Assembly (NCBI GenBank): GCA_963835595.1
Contig: CAWIGL010000003.1
Span: forward strand, 321,981 to 385,980
DNA length: 64,000 nucleotides
Source of the DNA: an uncultured delta proteobacterium
GTDB lineage: Bacteria > Desulfobacterota > Syntrophorhabdia > Syntrophorhabdales > WCHB1-27
Reading direction: 5' to 3'
Below the pieces are notes generated by a model, which was given only the letters and a program-made list of their open reading frames with translations, had not been told where the DNA came from and searched no databases. Made by a program: the position numbers and the translations under genes. Of the stretch, positions 19,111-28,488 are shown in pieces; the stretch's first letter is position 1, and each line of letters starts with the position of its first letter.

Positions 19111-20452
19111 ATGACAAGCGCTGTAAGAAAGTCGGCTTTCCTGGGCTTCACCGTTCTCTTTCTCGTTTGCGCGACGTGGGGGACGGCATCGGCGCTGCCG
19201 CCCGTCCAGAGGAGCGTCCTCGACAACGGGCTGGTGCTCCTCGTCTCGGAGGAGCATTCGCTCCCCTTCGTTACGATGAGCCTGCTCATAAAATCGGGCT
19301 CGAAGGACGACCCGGCGGGCGAGGAAGGGCTGGCGGACGTGACCGCCTCGTGCCTCCTCTTAGGCGCAGCAGGTCGGACCCTGCAGCAGATCAACGAGGA
19401 GCTCGACTTCATGGGCGCCCAGATGGGCGCGGACGCGTCGCAGCGACTATACGATCGTCAGCCTCAAGGTGCTGAGGAAGGATTTCGAGCGCGCCTTCCC
19501 CATCTTCATGGACGTCGTCATGAAGCCCACCTTTCCGGCCGACGAGGTTAAAAAAGAGCTGGCGCGGCACGGTCGCGGCCATACGCGCGTCCGAGGACCA
19601 GCCGGGCGTCGTCGCCGACCGGGCATTCATGAAGGCGCTTTACATGGGCGGGCCTTACGGCCACCCCAAGGAGGGCACGGTAAAGTCCGTATCGGGCCTC
19701 GACAGGGGCATGATGCAGACGTTCCACGGGGCGCATTACAACCCGAATAACGCCATTCTCGTAGTCGCGGGCGACATCGACGCGGGCGACCGTAAAGGGG
19801 TACATGACCCCCCGGCTCGAAAAATGGCCGAAAGGCGGCGGCGCCGCCGCAGGCGATACAGGTAAGGTTCGCAGACCGCAAAGAGACGATCAAGATCAAC
19901 AAGCCGGTGACCCAGTCGAACATCGTCATCGGCAACAGCGGCCTAAGCAGGGAGAACCCCGACTACTACGCGGCCCTCGTGATGAACTACATCCTCGGCG
20001 GCGGGGGCCTCACGTCGCGCCTGATGGACGACATCAGGATCAAAAAGGGGCTTGTCTATTCGGTCGGCAGCGTCTTCGAGGGGCGGAAATACCCGGGGCC
20101 TTTCCAGGTATACCTCCAGACGAAGAACCCGTCTACGAAAGACGCGATCAAGGGCGTCATGGAGGATCTGGAGCGGATGCGCTCCGGCCCCGTCTCCGAA
20201 AAGGAGCTTGAGAACGCGAAGAAGTACCTCGTAGGGAGCTTCCCGCAGAGGTTCAGCACGCAAGGCAGGATCGCCTCTTTCTTCGCGCAGGTCGAGTATT
20301 TCGGTCTCGGCCTCGACTACGCCGGGCGGTACCCGTCGATCATCAACGCGATAACGCGCGAGGACGTGCAGCGGGTGGCAAAGGAGTACATCCGCCCCGA
20401 CATGGCCGTCACGGTCATCGTGGCAGACCTGAAAGAGGCGGGACTGGAATAG
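19111..20452 (+). CDS. M16 peptidase, non-catalytic subunit; several frameshifts
   Basis: LDNGL, GSKDDP, NYILGGGGLTSRL, KKGLVYSV; no HxxEH; fragments in several frames. Confidence 0.85.
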
Positions 20453-20496
20453 CGGGGCGACGCGCCCCCGCATCAAATGAATGAAGGAGGCGTTCC

Positions 20497-20685
20497 ATGA
20501 AGGTCCGTGTAGACAAGGAAGCGTGCGTGGGTGACGAGACGTGCGTCTCCATTTGCCCGGAAGTCTTCGAGATGGACGGCGACGTAGCAGTCCCTAAGAT
20601 GGAAGACGTGCCGCCAAACCTCCAGGCCTCCTGCCGGGAGGCGGCCGACGCCTGCCCAGTCGAGGCAATAATCATAGAAGAATAA
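20497..20685 (+). CDS. Monocluster ferredoxin
   Basis: CVGDETCVSICP...ACPVEAI; GGAGG RBS. Confidence 0.9.
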   Translation: MKVRVDKEACVGDETCVSICPEVFEMDGDVAVPKMEDVPPNLQASCREAADACPVEAIIIEE

Positions 20686-20875
20686 GCGACGCAGTATTTT
20701 TCGGCCCCGATCACGATGACCTTGGGGAGCGGCCTCAACGAGGCCGTGCCGCCGGGTCGTCTCTTTTTCCTAGACGCAGCCGCTCAACAATACAAATCTT
20801 GATTACGGGTGGTTACGTGCCTATATTAAGGCTATGCACCAATTATTATCATCGTCACGTTGCGGAGGTGATGGG

Positions 20876-21253
20876 ATGAGAAGGTTTTCCAAACGGATGT
20901 TGGTTTCCTACCTCGTAGTGGCCATGTTCGCCATAGGCATCGCGCCGAACGTCAACGCAGGCTTCAGCCCCTCTCAGCTTACGGGCGTCATGACGGAGAG
21001 CAGGCAGGCCGACCTCCAGTGCGTCCGGTCCTTCCTGGAGATGAAGATAGTGGCGGACCGGCTCGCCCAGCTCGGCTTCAGCCCCATAGAGGTGCAGTCC
21101 CGCCTCTCCACACTGACGGACGAGCAGTTGCACCGGCTGGCCCTTAAAGTGGACGACATCAAGGTAGGCGGCGACGGAGGGGCGGCCGTAATCGTCGTAC
21201 TTGTCATCGTCGTTCTCGCCCTCATTATCCTTCGCCTGCTAAGGCTGATATAG
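20876..21253 (+). CDS. PA2779-family protein
   Basis: Signal peptide, LAQLG...EVQSRLSTLTDEQL...GG, then a hydrophobic C-terminal helix. Confidence 0.75.
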   Translation: MRRFSKRMLVSYLVVAMFAIGIAPNVNAGFSPSQLTGVMTESRQADLQCVRSFLEMKIVADRLAQLGFSPIEVQSRLSTLTDEQLHRLALKVDDIKVGGDGGAAVIVVLVIVVLALIILRLLRLI

Positions 21254-21367
21254 GGGGATAAGAGGGAGGTGGGTGCGAGCCGCTGCCTGGAGGCTGGTCC
21301 GTCCGGGCGCCAAAGACTGCCGGGCCGGTCAGACCGCCGGGCGGCTGGAGGAGTCAAGGAGGTAGCC

Positions 21368-21541
21368 ATGCTTTACTGGGCGGTAATCTTCCTGGTCGTC
21401 GCGATCATCGCCGGCATATTCGGTTTTACCGGAATAGCGGGGACTTCGATATGGATTGCGAAGATCCTGTTCTTCGTTTTCATTATCCTGTTTATCATCT
21501 CCCTGCTCTTCGGGAGGCGGACGCCCACGCCGCCCGTCTGA
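21368..21541 (+). CDS. DUF1328 (UPF0391) small membrane protein
   Basis: [25 protein letters not shown]...IAKILFFVF; AGGAGG RBS. Confidence 0.9.
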   Translation: MLYWAVIFLVVAIIAGIFGFTGIAGTSIWIAKILFFVFIILFIISLLFGRRTPTPPV

Positions 21542-21601
21542 AAAAAACGGCGAAAGGGCACGCAACGCCGGTATGGTGAAAAATTTTTGCGCGGAGGTGT
21601 C

Positions 21602-21736
21602 ATGAACGTCCATCTGACATTCCAGCCTGTCGTGGCCATTATTGCGGGAATACTGATTCTCGTTGTCCCGAGGCTCCTTAGCTTCATAGTCGCCGTTTAC
21701 CTGATCGTGATCGGCGTGCTCGGGCTTATGCGGTAG
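21602..21736 (+). CDS. DUF3096-like small membrane protein (44 aa)
   Basis: Read manually: [44 protein letters not shown]; GGAGG RBS. Confidence 0.85.
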   Translation: MNVHLTFQPVVAIIAGILILVVPRLLSFIVAVYLIVIGVLGLMR

Positions 21737-21802
21737 CGGGGGCGGCCTGCAGCTTTCATGCCGGTCCCCGTTATGGTAAACTTGAGGCAAGGAGGCTTTT
21801 GC

Positions 21803-22175
21803 ATGGCAGCTGAAGAGGGATACGGTGAGCAGGGATATACCGTAGTCGGGTCGGAGCATTACACGACCTATAAGCGCCGCGCGGCCTTTTCGAGGGCGCT
21901 TTTCTTTGCGCTGGGCTGCACGCTCGGGGCCGGCATCGCGCTTTTGCTCACCCCGCAGCCGGGTCGAAGACCAGGCAGCAGTTGCAGGAGGCGGCGGGGA
22001 GACGAAGGGCAGGGTCGGTTCCTGCTACGGCCGGGTGCTCGGCCTGATGGGCGCCACGTTGAGCAGGGGCAGGGAGCTGGTCGAGGGGCGGAAGCCCTTG
22101 CTGGCCGCCGCCATAGAAGCGGGCAGGGCGGCATACGAGAAGGAAAAGACGGAAAAGAAGGCCCGCATGGCCTAG
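21803..22175 (+). CDS. YtxH-like protein; frameshift near 21960-21990
   Basis: FALGCTLGAGIALLLTPQPG, then in another frame AAIEAGRAAYEKEK. Confidence 0.7.
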
Positions 22176-22212
22176 AAAAGGACCGAAGCAAGACGGTGCG
22201 TAGCGTTTTTCG

Positions 22213-22938
22213 CTACCTGAGATATGGGGCCCACTGCTTCGCTACGGCCGTGATATACCCCTTCGGCACGTTTGTGACGATGCGGTTGTGGCCGGGCAGC
22301 AGCACTTTCGCGTCGAGGCTGCCGAGCCTGGTCAGGGACGCGGCCAACGCCCCTGCGTCCGCACCGTAAAGGTCGAACCGCCCGATGTTGTTGTCTGCGT
22401 AGACCACATCGCCCGGTATCAAAATCCCACGTGAAGCGTCCCACAGGGCTACGCCGCCGGCCGAGTGGCCGGGTATGTGGAGGACCGTCCAGGTCTCCCC
22501 GCCTATGTTAAGCTCGTCGCTCTCTTTGAGGCGCCGGTCCACCTTGAACGTGAAATCGCCGTCCTTCAGGCGGTACTGCATCTGGCACATCTGCTTGAAC
22601 ATCTCCATGCCGTAAACGGTCCTGTCGTCCCCTGCTTCGAGCTGCCCGGCCTCATTCTCGTGCACCCATAGCTCGAGGGACGGCATGGCTTCGATCAGCT
22701 CCTTAAGGCAGCCGATATGGTCGAGGTGGGTATGGGTCATGATTATCCGCTTGATGTCGGCGGGCTTTACGCCACCTGCCGCGATCTCTTTCAGCTTGTA
22801 TGCCCCGTGGCCCATCAGGCCCGCGTCCACGAGCGAAAGGTCGCGGGACTCGGGCTGCCCGATAAGGTATACATGGGCGTCGGGTATCATCTCGTCCCGG
22901 CCGGGTATGAGAAAAAGCGATTCGGTTATCTTCGTCAT
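22213..22938 (-). CDS. Metallo-beta-lactamase-fold hydrolase
   Basis: THTHLDHIG, PGHSAG, GDV and PGH motifs. Confidence 0.9.
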   Translation of the reverse strand: MTKITESLFLIPGRDEMIPDAHVYLIGQPESRDLSLVDAGLMGHGAYKLKEIAAGGVKPADIKRIIMTHTHLDHIGCLKELIEAMPSLELWVHENEAGQLEAGDDRTVYGMEMFKQMCQMQYRLKDGDFTFKVDRRLKESDELNIGGETWTVLHIPGHSAGGVALWDASRGILIPGDVVYADNNIGRFDLYGADAGALAASLTRLGSLDAKVLLPGHNRIVTNVPKGYITAVAKQWAPYLR

Positions 22939-23155
22939 GCGTTTTCGTTCCTCCGGTGTCCATTACCATAATCCATCCGTGCCCCGTTTTCAAGGATTTC
23001 CGCCCGGAAGCGCCCTTTTCCGACACTCGCGGACATTCGCCCTTTACATAGAAGCGGAAAATAGTTATTTTTGTAGATAGGGCGCTTTCCGGCGGAGAAT
23101 AGGTTGCCGGGCGGCCACGGAGGGGTTAAATTTCCATAAGGGAGGGGTGGTGGGG

Positions 23156-23566
23156 ATGACAGTCAACGAGGTATTCCTTGGCATAATTACGGCGGCGGTC
23201 GTGGTGATCGTGGTCTTCGTGGTACGTCTCGTCACAAAGATGACGGAGACGGCGGCGGCGGTCAGGGAGTTTCTGGAGACGACGGACCGGACCGTCCAGG
23301 AGGTGGCAGGGGAGGTCACCGAGAGCATGAAAAGCCTCCGGGTCATCACGGACGGCGTCGGCGGCGTCGCGACGGACGTGAAGGCGGTCACCGGGTCGTT
23401 CAAGGACGCGGGCCTGGCCGTGCACGAGGTGGCGGCGAGCGTGAAGGATATAGGCAAGGCCGTGCAGGACCTTGGCCAGGAGACGGTGGCATCGGTATGC
23501 GGGCTTCGGGCGGGACTCAAGGCGGGCTTGGACGTCTTTGTCAAGAACCTGCTCGGGTCGAAGTAG
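23156..23566 (+). CDS. DUF948 (YoxC-like) protein
   Basis: N-terminal TM helix plus amphipathic helical region; adjacent to ytxH. Confidence 0.65.
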   Translation: MTVNEVFLGIITAAVVVIVVFVVRLVTKMTETAAAVREFLETTDRTVQEVAGEVTESMKSLRVITDGVGGVATDVKAVTGSFKDAGLAVHEVAASVKDIGKAVQDLGQETVASVCGLRAGLKAGLDVFVKNLLGSK

Positions 23567-23626
23567 CGTTGACGTACGGGTGACGCGGCACAACAGCATG
23601 AAGTGCAAAAGAAAGGGAGGAAGAGC

Positions 23627-23911
23627 ATGAAGTACGAGGAGAGCGAATACGATTCGAGCTCGGTATCATGGTTTCTGGCGTTCGTGCTCGGTGGATTGCT
23701 GGGGGCGGCCGCGGCCCTGCTCCTCGCGCCCAAGTCGGGGAGTCAGGCAAGGGAGCAAATCAAGGACATCGCCCAGGATGCGAAGGAAAAGGCGGGCAGC
23801 TATTACGATCAGGCCAAGGGCCGGATCTCTTCCGCCATGCAGAAGGGGGCCGAGGTCTTCCAGCAGAAGAAAGAGGAGGTAAAATCGGAAGTGGCCGAAG
23901 GCGTGAAGTAG
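23627..23911 (+). CDS. YtxH-domain protein
   Basis: FVLGGLLGAAAALLLAPKSG...REQI. Confidence 0.85.
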   Translation: MKYEESEYDSSSVSWFLAFVLGGLLGAAAALLLAPKSGSQAREQIKDIAQDAKEKAGSYYDQAKGRISSAMQKGAEVFQQKKEEVKSEVAEGVK

Positions 23912-23921
23912 GAGCGGACGG

Positions 23922-24546
23922 CTAGCCTATTATCAGGCCGATCAGGGACATAATCAGCCATTGGAAGAACGCGATCAGAGGGTCCAAGGACACCGATGTA
24001 GAGGAGACCTATGATGATGAAGAATCCATAGGGCTCCAGCCTTTGCAGGGTATAATGGAAACGCCTCGACGCGAAGCCCATCAGGATCTTCGAGCCGTCG
24101 AGCGGCGGGATCGGGATGAGGTTGAAAGCGGCGAGCATGATGTTTATCTGCGCCAAGTACTGAAGGACCCTCGAAAAAGGGCTGAACAGGCTGAAATGGG
24201 CGGTGGAGAGGACGAGCATCGCGAGGAAGGCGAGCAGTATGTTCGCCGTGATGCCTGCGGCCGATACGCATATGAGGCCCCTCCGGTAATGCCTTAAGTT
24301 GCCGAAATTTACGGGGACGGGCTTCGCCCAGCCGAAACCAAAGACAAAGAGCATGATCGTGCCGATGGGGTCGAGGTGGCGCCGGGGGTCGAGGGTCAGC
24401 CTGCCGAGCCAGCGGGCCGTCGAGTCGCCCATCTTGTCCGCGACCCACCCGTGGGCGACTTCATGGATGATGACGGAGTAGAGCAGGGGGATGACCAGTA
24501 GAATAAAGGTCCCCGGGTCGTTGAATAGTAGGCGGATCAAACCCAT
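23922..24546 (-). CDS. Site-2 protease (M50); frameshift near C-terminus
   Basis: HEVAHG, GRLTLDP, GWAKPVPVN, FNLIPIPPLDG; last TM segment in another frame, ending at TAG 23922. Confidence 0.9.
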
Positions 24547-24591
24547 AGCGCGCTATTATCACATAGAACCATCCTGATTTCAAGGTGTGTG

Positions 24592-24778
24592 AAGGCCGGG
24601 CGCTTTTGACGTCCGACCCACGCACTCCGCTGTGCGTGGGTGCCCCGGCCTGTCTCTCAAAGCCGCACGTCCTCACATACAAAAGGAGTATGCTCCGGGC
24701 GGCGGCTTCTCGATCACGGCGCTCGACCCTTCCCTCCTCACGTCGGGCGGGTGCCCCGTCCAAAATCGCCTCGGCCTT
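24592..24778. repeat. REP/MITE-like palindromic element, copy 3, with two nested hairpins
   Basis: AAGGCCGGGCGCTTTTG...CAAAATCGCCTCGGCCTT inverted ends; central cgtcctcacatac...gtatgctccg resembles copies 1 and 2. Confidence 0.65.
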
Positions 24779-24828
24779 TTCGTCTGTCTCAAACGATAGG
24801 CTATTAAAAAGCAAAGCGAACTTCATTG

Positions 24829-25896
24829 TCATGCTGCGCTCTTTGCTCTGCTCTTTGTCTTCTGCCCCGTGCGGCTTATGATGATCTCTTCAATAGGTAT
24901 CTCTTTCCCCGCCCGCAGTAAGGCCGTTTTGACGATAGCGGGGAGGCGGGAGCAGCAGGGGACTTCCATCTCGACGACGGTTATGCTGCGGATATCGGCG
25001 GTCTTGAAGATCTCCGTGAATTTCGAGGTGTACTCTGCGACGTCGTCGAACTTCGGGCAGCCGAGCATGACGACTTTTCCGGGAAGCAGGTCCCTGTGGA
25101 AGCCCGCGTAGGCAATGGGCGTGCAATCCGCCGCGATGAGGAGGTCTGAGTTCTTGAGGAATGACGCGTCTGCCGGTATGAGCCTTATCTGCACGGGCCA
25201 GTGGCCGAGGGCGGAAGGCAGCTCGTCCGCCGCGCCTGCCTGTCTCGGGGCGCTGACGGCTGCTGACGGGAAGACGCGGATTTCGCTCGAAGGACATCCG
25301 CAGGGCATCGCTCCGGCCGGCTGAGGCGCATCGGCGGCTGCCCCTGCTGTCCCGGCCCCCTTCGCGTGCTCTTCCACGGCCTGGGCGTCGAAGATCTCAG
25401 ACTCCCTCTCCGTCACCTTAAGCGCGCCTTCGGGGCACTCGCCGAGGCAGGCGCCCAGGCCGTCGCAGTAGTTCTCGGAAAGGAGGCGCGCCTTGCCGTC
25501 GATTATCGCAAGGGCGCCTTCGGCGCAGGCGCTTACGCACTGGCCGCAGCCCGTGCACCGCTCTTCGTCTATCTCTATGATCTTCCTTTTCACCTTCATG
25601 CCTCTCGGCCCTCCTTCGGGCGGCTCTTTTGCGGCCGGTGCGGGGCTGGCCCCAAGCGGGCCCTCCCGCAAGGCCGCCAGCTCCGGCCCGATCTCGCCCA
25701 GGCAGGCGGCGGCGTATTGGCAGTAGGCGGCGCACCCGAAGTCGATCTTCGGGTTTGCCACCTTCTCCCCGCAGCCCTTGCAGCGCCTCGTCGTCTCGTC
25801 CTTGAAGAACTCGACGGGCCGGCCGCAATTCGGGCAGGCGATCTCGTATATATCGCCCGGCTTCCAGTACCGCATGTCCTGTCCTGGGCATTTCAT
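24829..25896 (-). CDS. Cys-rich zinc-finger-like domain joined to a 2x[4Fe-4S] iron-sulfur protein (possibly two genes; second ATG at 25599)
   Basis: MKCPGQD...CPNCG...CKGCG...GCAAYC, then MKVKRKIIEIDEERCTGCGQCVSAC, CDGLGACLGECP, WPVQI, GCPKFDD, MEVPCC. Confidence 0.8.
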   Translation of the reverse strand: MKCPGQDMRYWKPGDIYEIACPNCGRPVEFFKDETTRRCKGCGEKVANPKIDFGCAAYCQYAAACLGEIGPELAALREGPLGASPAPAAKEPPEGGPRGMKVKRKIIEIDEERCTGCGQCVSACAEGALAIIDGKARLLSENYCDGLGACLGECPEGALKVTERESEIFDAQAVEEHAKGAGTAGAAADAPQPAGAMPCGCPSSEIRVFPSAAVSAPRQAGAADELPSALGHWPVQIRLIPADASFLKNSDLLIAADCTPIAYAGFHRDLLPGKVVMLGCPKFDDVAEYTSKFTEIFKTADIRSITVVEMEVPCCSRLPAIVKTALLRAGKEIPIEEIIISRTGQKTKSRAKSAA

Positions 25897-25927
25897 CGGA
25901 TGTCCTCCTTGCCGGGTCCGGCGCTCC

Positions 25928-27562
25928 TCACCCCAGTATCGCCTTCAGGTCCCCCTCCGCCGTGCCTATCGGTTTTATATCATAGTTCTTCACCAACAGG
26001 TCGAGCACGTTCGGGGAGAGGAAGGCGGGGAGGGACGGCCCTAGGCGCATGTTCTTGATGCCGAGGTAGAGCAGCGTAAGGAGTATCGCCACGGCCTTCT
26101 GCTCGTACCAGGAAAGGATGAACGAGAGGGGGAGGTCGTTTACGCCCACCCCGAAGGCGCCCGCCAGGGCCTGGGCGATGCGGATGGCCGAATAGGCGTC
26201 GTTGCACTGGCCGACGTCGAGCAGCCTGGGGATGCCGCCGATATCGCCTAAGTCCTTGTCGAAAAAGCGGAACTTGCCGCAGGCGAGCGTAAGGACGATA
26301 CAGTCCTTCGGCACTTTCTCGACGAACTCCGTGTAATAGTTGCGCCCCGGCTTCGCGCCGTCGCAGCCCGCGACGAGGAAGAAGCGGCGTATCTGCTTGC
26401 CCTTGACCGCCTCGATCACCTTGCCTGCGACGCCCATCACCGTCTCGTGCGCGAAACCCACCATGACGTGCTTTCCGTTCTTGTCCTCCGTGAAGCCCGG
26501 CATGGCGAGGGCTTTCTGGATAAGGGCGGTGAAATCCCTGTTCTCGAAGTGGTGTACCCCCGGCCAGCCAACGGCGCCGCTCGTGAAGATGTTGTCCTGG
26601 TATGCCTGCTGCACGCGCATCAGGCAGTTCGTGGTGAGGAGTATCGCACCGGGGAACTGGGGGAACTCTTTCATCTGGTTCTGCCAGGCGGTGCCGAAAT
26701 GGCCGTAGAAATGGGGATACTTCTTCAGGCCGGGGTAGGCGTGGGTGGGGAGCATCTCGCCGTGGGTATAGACGTAGATGCCTTTGCCCTCGCTCTGCCT
26801 GAGCACCTCTTCCAGGTCTTTCAGGTCATGGCCGGAGACGAGGATCGCGTGGCCCTTCTTCGCGCCCAGCGGCACGCGCGTCGGAACGGGGTTGCCGTAG
26901 ACGCCCGTATTGGCCGCATCGAGTATCTCCATCGTCCGCAAGTTCACCTGGCCGCACTTCATCACAAGGCCCACCCATTCGCTAACGCCCATAGCCGTGT
27001 CGTTCCGCGCTATGGCCGCGAGGGCCTCATGGATGAACGCGGGGATAGCGTCGTCTTCCTGCCCCAGTATCGCCGCGTGCTCCGCGTAGGCGCATATCCC
27101 TTTCAACCCGAAGAGGAGCGTATGCTGGAGCGACCGGACGTCCTGGTCGATGCACGCGCCGGAGAACAGCCCAACCTGCTCGCCCTGCTTCACCATCTCG
27201 CCTTCCGTCGATGCGGGGGTAAGGGTTGCGCAGCCTTCGGAGAAATCGACCTTTCCGCCGGCAGCTCGCACCTTCTCCTTGAGCCTGTCGCGCAAGGCGA
27301 CGGCCTTGCGCACGTAATCGACGAACCTCCCGGCGTCGAAGTTGACGTTCGTAAGCGTGGAGAAAAGCGCGTCGAAAGTAAAGAGATTGACCTCCGCATC
27401 GACGATGCCCGCCTTCCTGCCTTCGACGGCGAATAGGGCGACGCCTTTCAGCGCCTCGACGAGGAGGTCCTGGAGGCTCGCGATCTCGTGCGACTTGCCG
27501 CATACGCCCATCACAGTGCATCCCTGTCCCTTCGCAGTCTGCTCACACTGATAACAAAACAT
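25928..27562 (-). CDS. hcp: Hybrid cluster protein (hydroxylamine reductase)
   Basis: MFCYQCEQT...GC...GVCGK, SGHDL, YTHGEMLP, GCDG, GQCNDAYS and SWYEQKA motifs. Confidence 0.97.
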   Translation of the reverse strand: MFCYQCEQTAKGQGCTVMGVCGKSHEIASLQDLLVEALKGVALFAVEGRKAGIVDAEVNLFTFDALFSTLTNVNFDAGRFVDYVRKAVALRDRLKEKVRAAGGKVDFSEGCATLTPASTEGEMVKQGEQVGLFSGACIDQDVRSLQHTLLFGLKGICAYAEHAAILGQEDDAIPAFIHEALAAIARNDTAMGVSEWVGLVMKCGQVNLRTMEILDAANTGVYGNPVPTRVPLGAKKGHAILVSGHDLKDLEEVLRQSEGKGIYVYTHGEMLPTHAYPGLKKYPHFYGHFGTAWQNQMKEFPQFPGAILLTTNCLMRVQQAYQDNIFTSGAVGWPGVHHFENRDFTALIQKALAMPGFTEDKNGKHVMVGFAHETVMGVAGKVIEAVKGKQIRRFFLVAGCDGAKPGRNYYTEFVEKVPKDCIVLTLACGKFRFFDKDLGDIGGIPRLLDVGQCNDAYSAIRIAQALAGAFGVGVNDLPLSFILSWYEQKAVAILLTLLYLGIKNMRLGPSLPAFLSPNVLDLLVKNYDIKPIGTAEGDLKAILG

Positions 27563-27631
27563 GTTTTCCCCCTTTCGGATCGTTTTTATCTAGCTCGGTA
27601 TTAGTATTGTAAACATTCCGGGTGAAAAGGG

Positions 27632-27649
27632 CCTTGACCAAGGTCAAGG
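27632..27649. promoter_or_regulatory. FNR-like (HcpR) box centred at -41.5 of the predicted hcp promoter
   Basis: CCTTGACC-AA-GGTCAAGG; minus-strand TACAAT at 27606-27611. Confidence 0.85.
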
Positions 27650-27729
27650 ATTTGTACAATGGCCCTAACAGCGGCCGGCGGCCCGGCCGATGGCTTGTGC
27701 GCAGCGCCGACCTGTGGTAAAAACGGTTA

Positions 27730-28416
27730 ATGGACATCGCGTCCTTCATAGCAAACGTCCCGCTCTTCAAGGGTCTGCCCGGCGCGCAGATAGAAAAGAT
27801 CGCCCGGGTCGCACAGACCAGGGCGTACAGGCGGGGCGAGTCCGTCTTCTCGGACGGCGACCTGGCGGACGGCTTTTACATCCCCATGCGGGGGCGGGTG
27901 AAGATATTCAAGCTGTCCGCCGACGGCAGGGAGCAGGTGCTCCACATCATGGGGTTTCAGGAGCCCTTCGGCGAGGTGCCGGTCTTCGCGGGCGGCAGGT
28001 TCCCCGCCCACGCGCAGGCGATAGAGGAGGGCCTCCTTCTCTTCCTGCCGGCTTCCGCCTTTATCGGCCTCATACGGGACGACCCATCCCTTGCCATGAA
28101 CATGCTGGCCCTCCTTTCTCAGCGCCTCCGGCAGTTCGCCGGCCTTGTGGAGCAGTTGTCCCTCAAGGAGGCGCCCGGCAGGCTCGCCTCCTACCTTATA
28201 TACCTGAGCGACCGCGAGAAGGGGGCCTCAGCCGTGCAGCTCGACATATCGAAGGCGCTCCTTGCGAACGTCCTGGGGACCATGCCGGAGACGGTCTCCC
28301 GCGTCTTGAGCAAGATGGCGGCCGACGGCCTTATAAAAGTGGATGGCCGACGGATCACGATACTCAACAGGAAACGGCTGGAGGCCCTTTCATCGGGGAC
28401 CGGCTCGCTGCGATAA
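27730..28416 (+). CDS. Crp/Fnr-family regulator (HcpR-like)
   Basis: GRVKIFKLSADGREQ, FGEV, HTH LGTMPETVSR; divergent from hcp. Confidence 0.9.
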   Translation: MDIASFIANVPLFKGLPGAQIEKIARVAQTRAYRRGESVFSDGDLADGFYIPMRGRVKIFKLSADGREQVLHIMGFQEPFGEVPVFAGGRFPAHAQAIEEGLLLFLPASAFIGLIRDDPSLAMNMLALLSQRLRQFAGLVEQLSLKEAPGRLASYLIYLSDREKGASAVQLDISKALLANVLGTMPETVSRVLSKMAADGLIKVDGRRITILNRKRLEALSSGTGSLR

Positions 28417-28488
28417 CGCTGCAAAGCGGCCTTCCGTTCCTTTCCCGCTCCCTTGCCGCCTCCGGGCGCCTTATGGTAGAGTAGTGCG

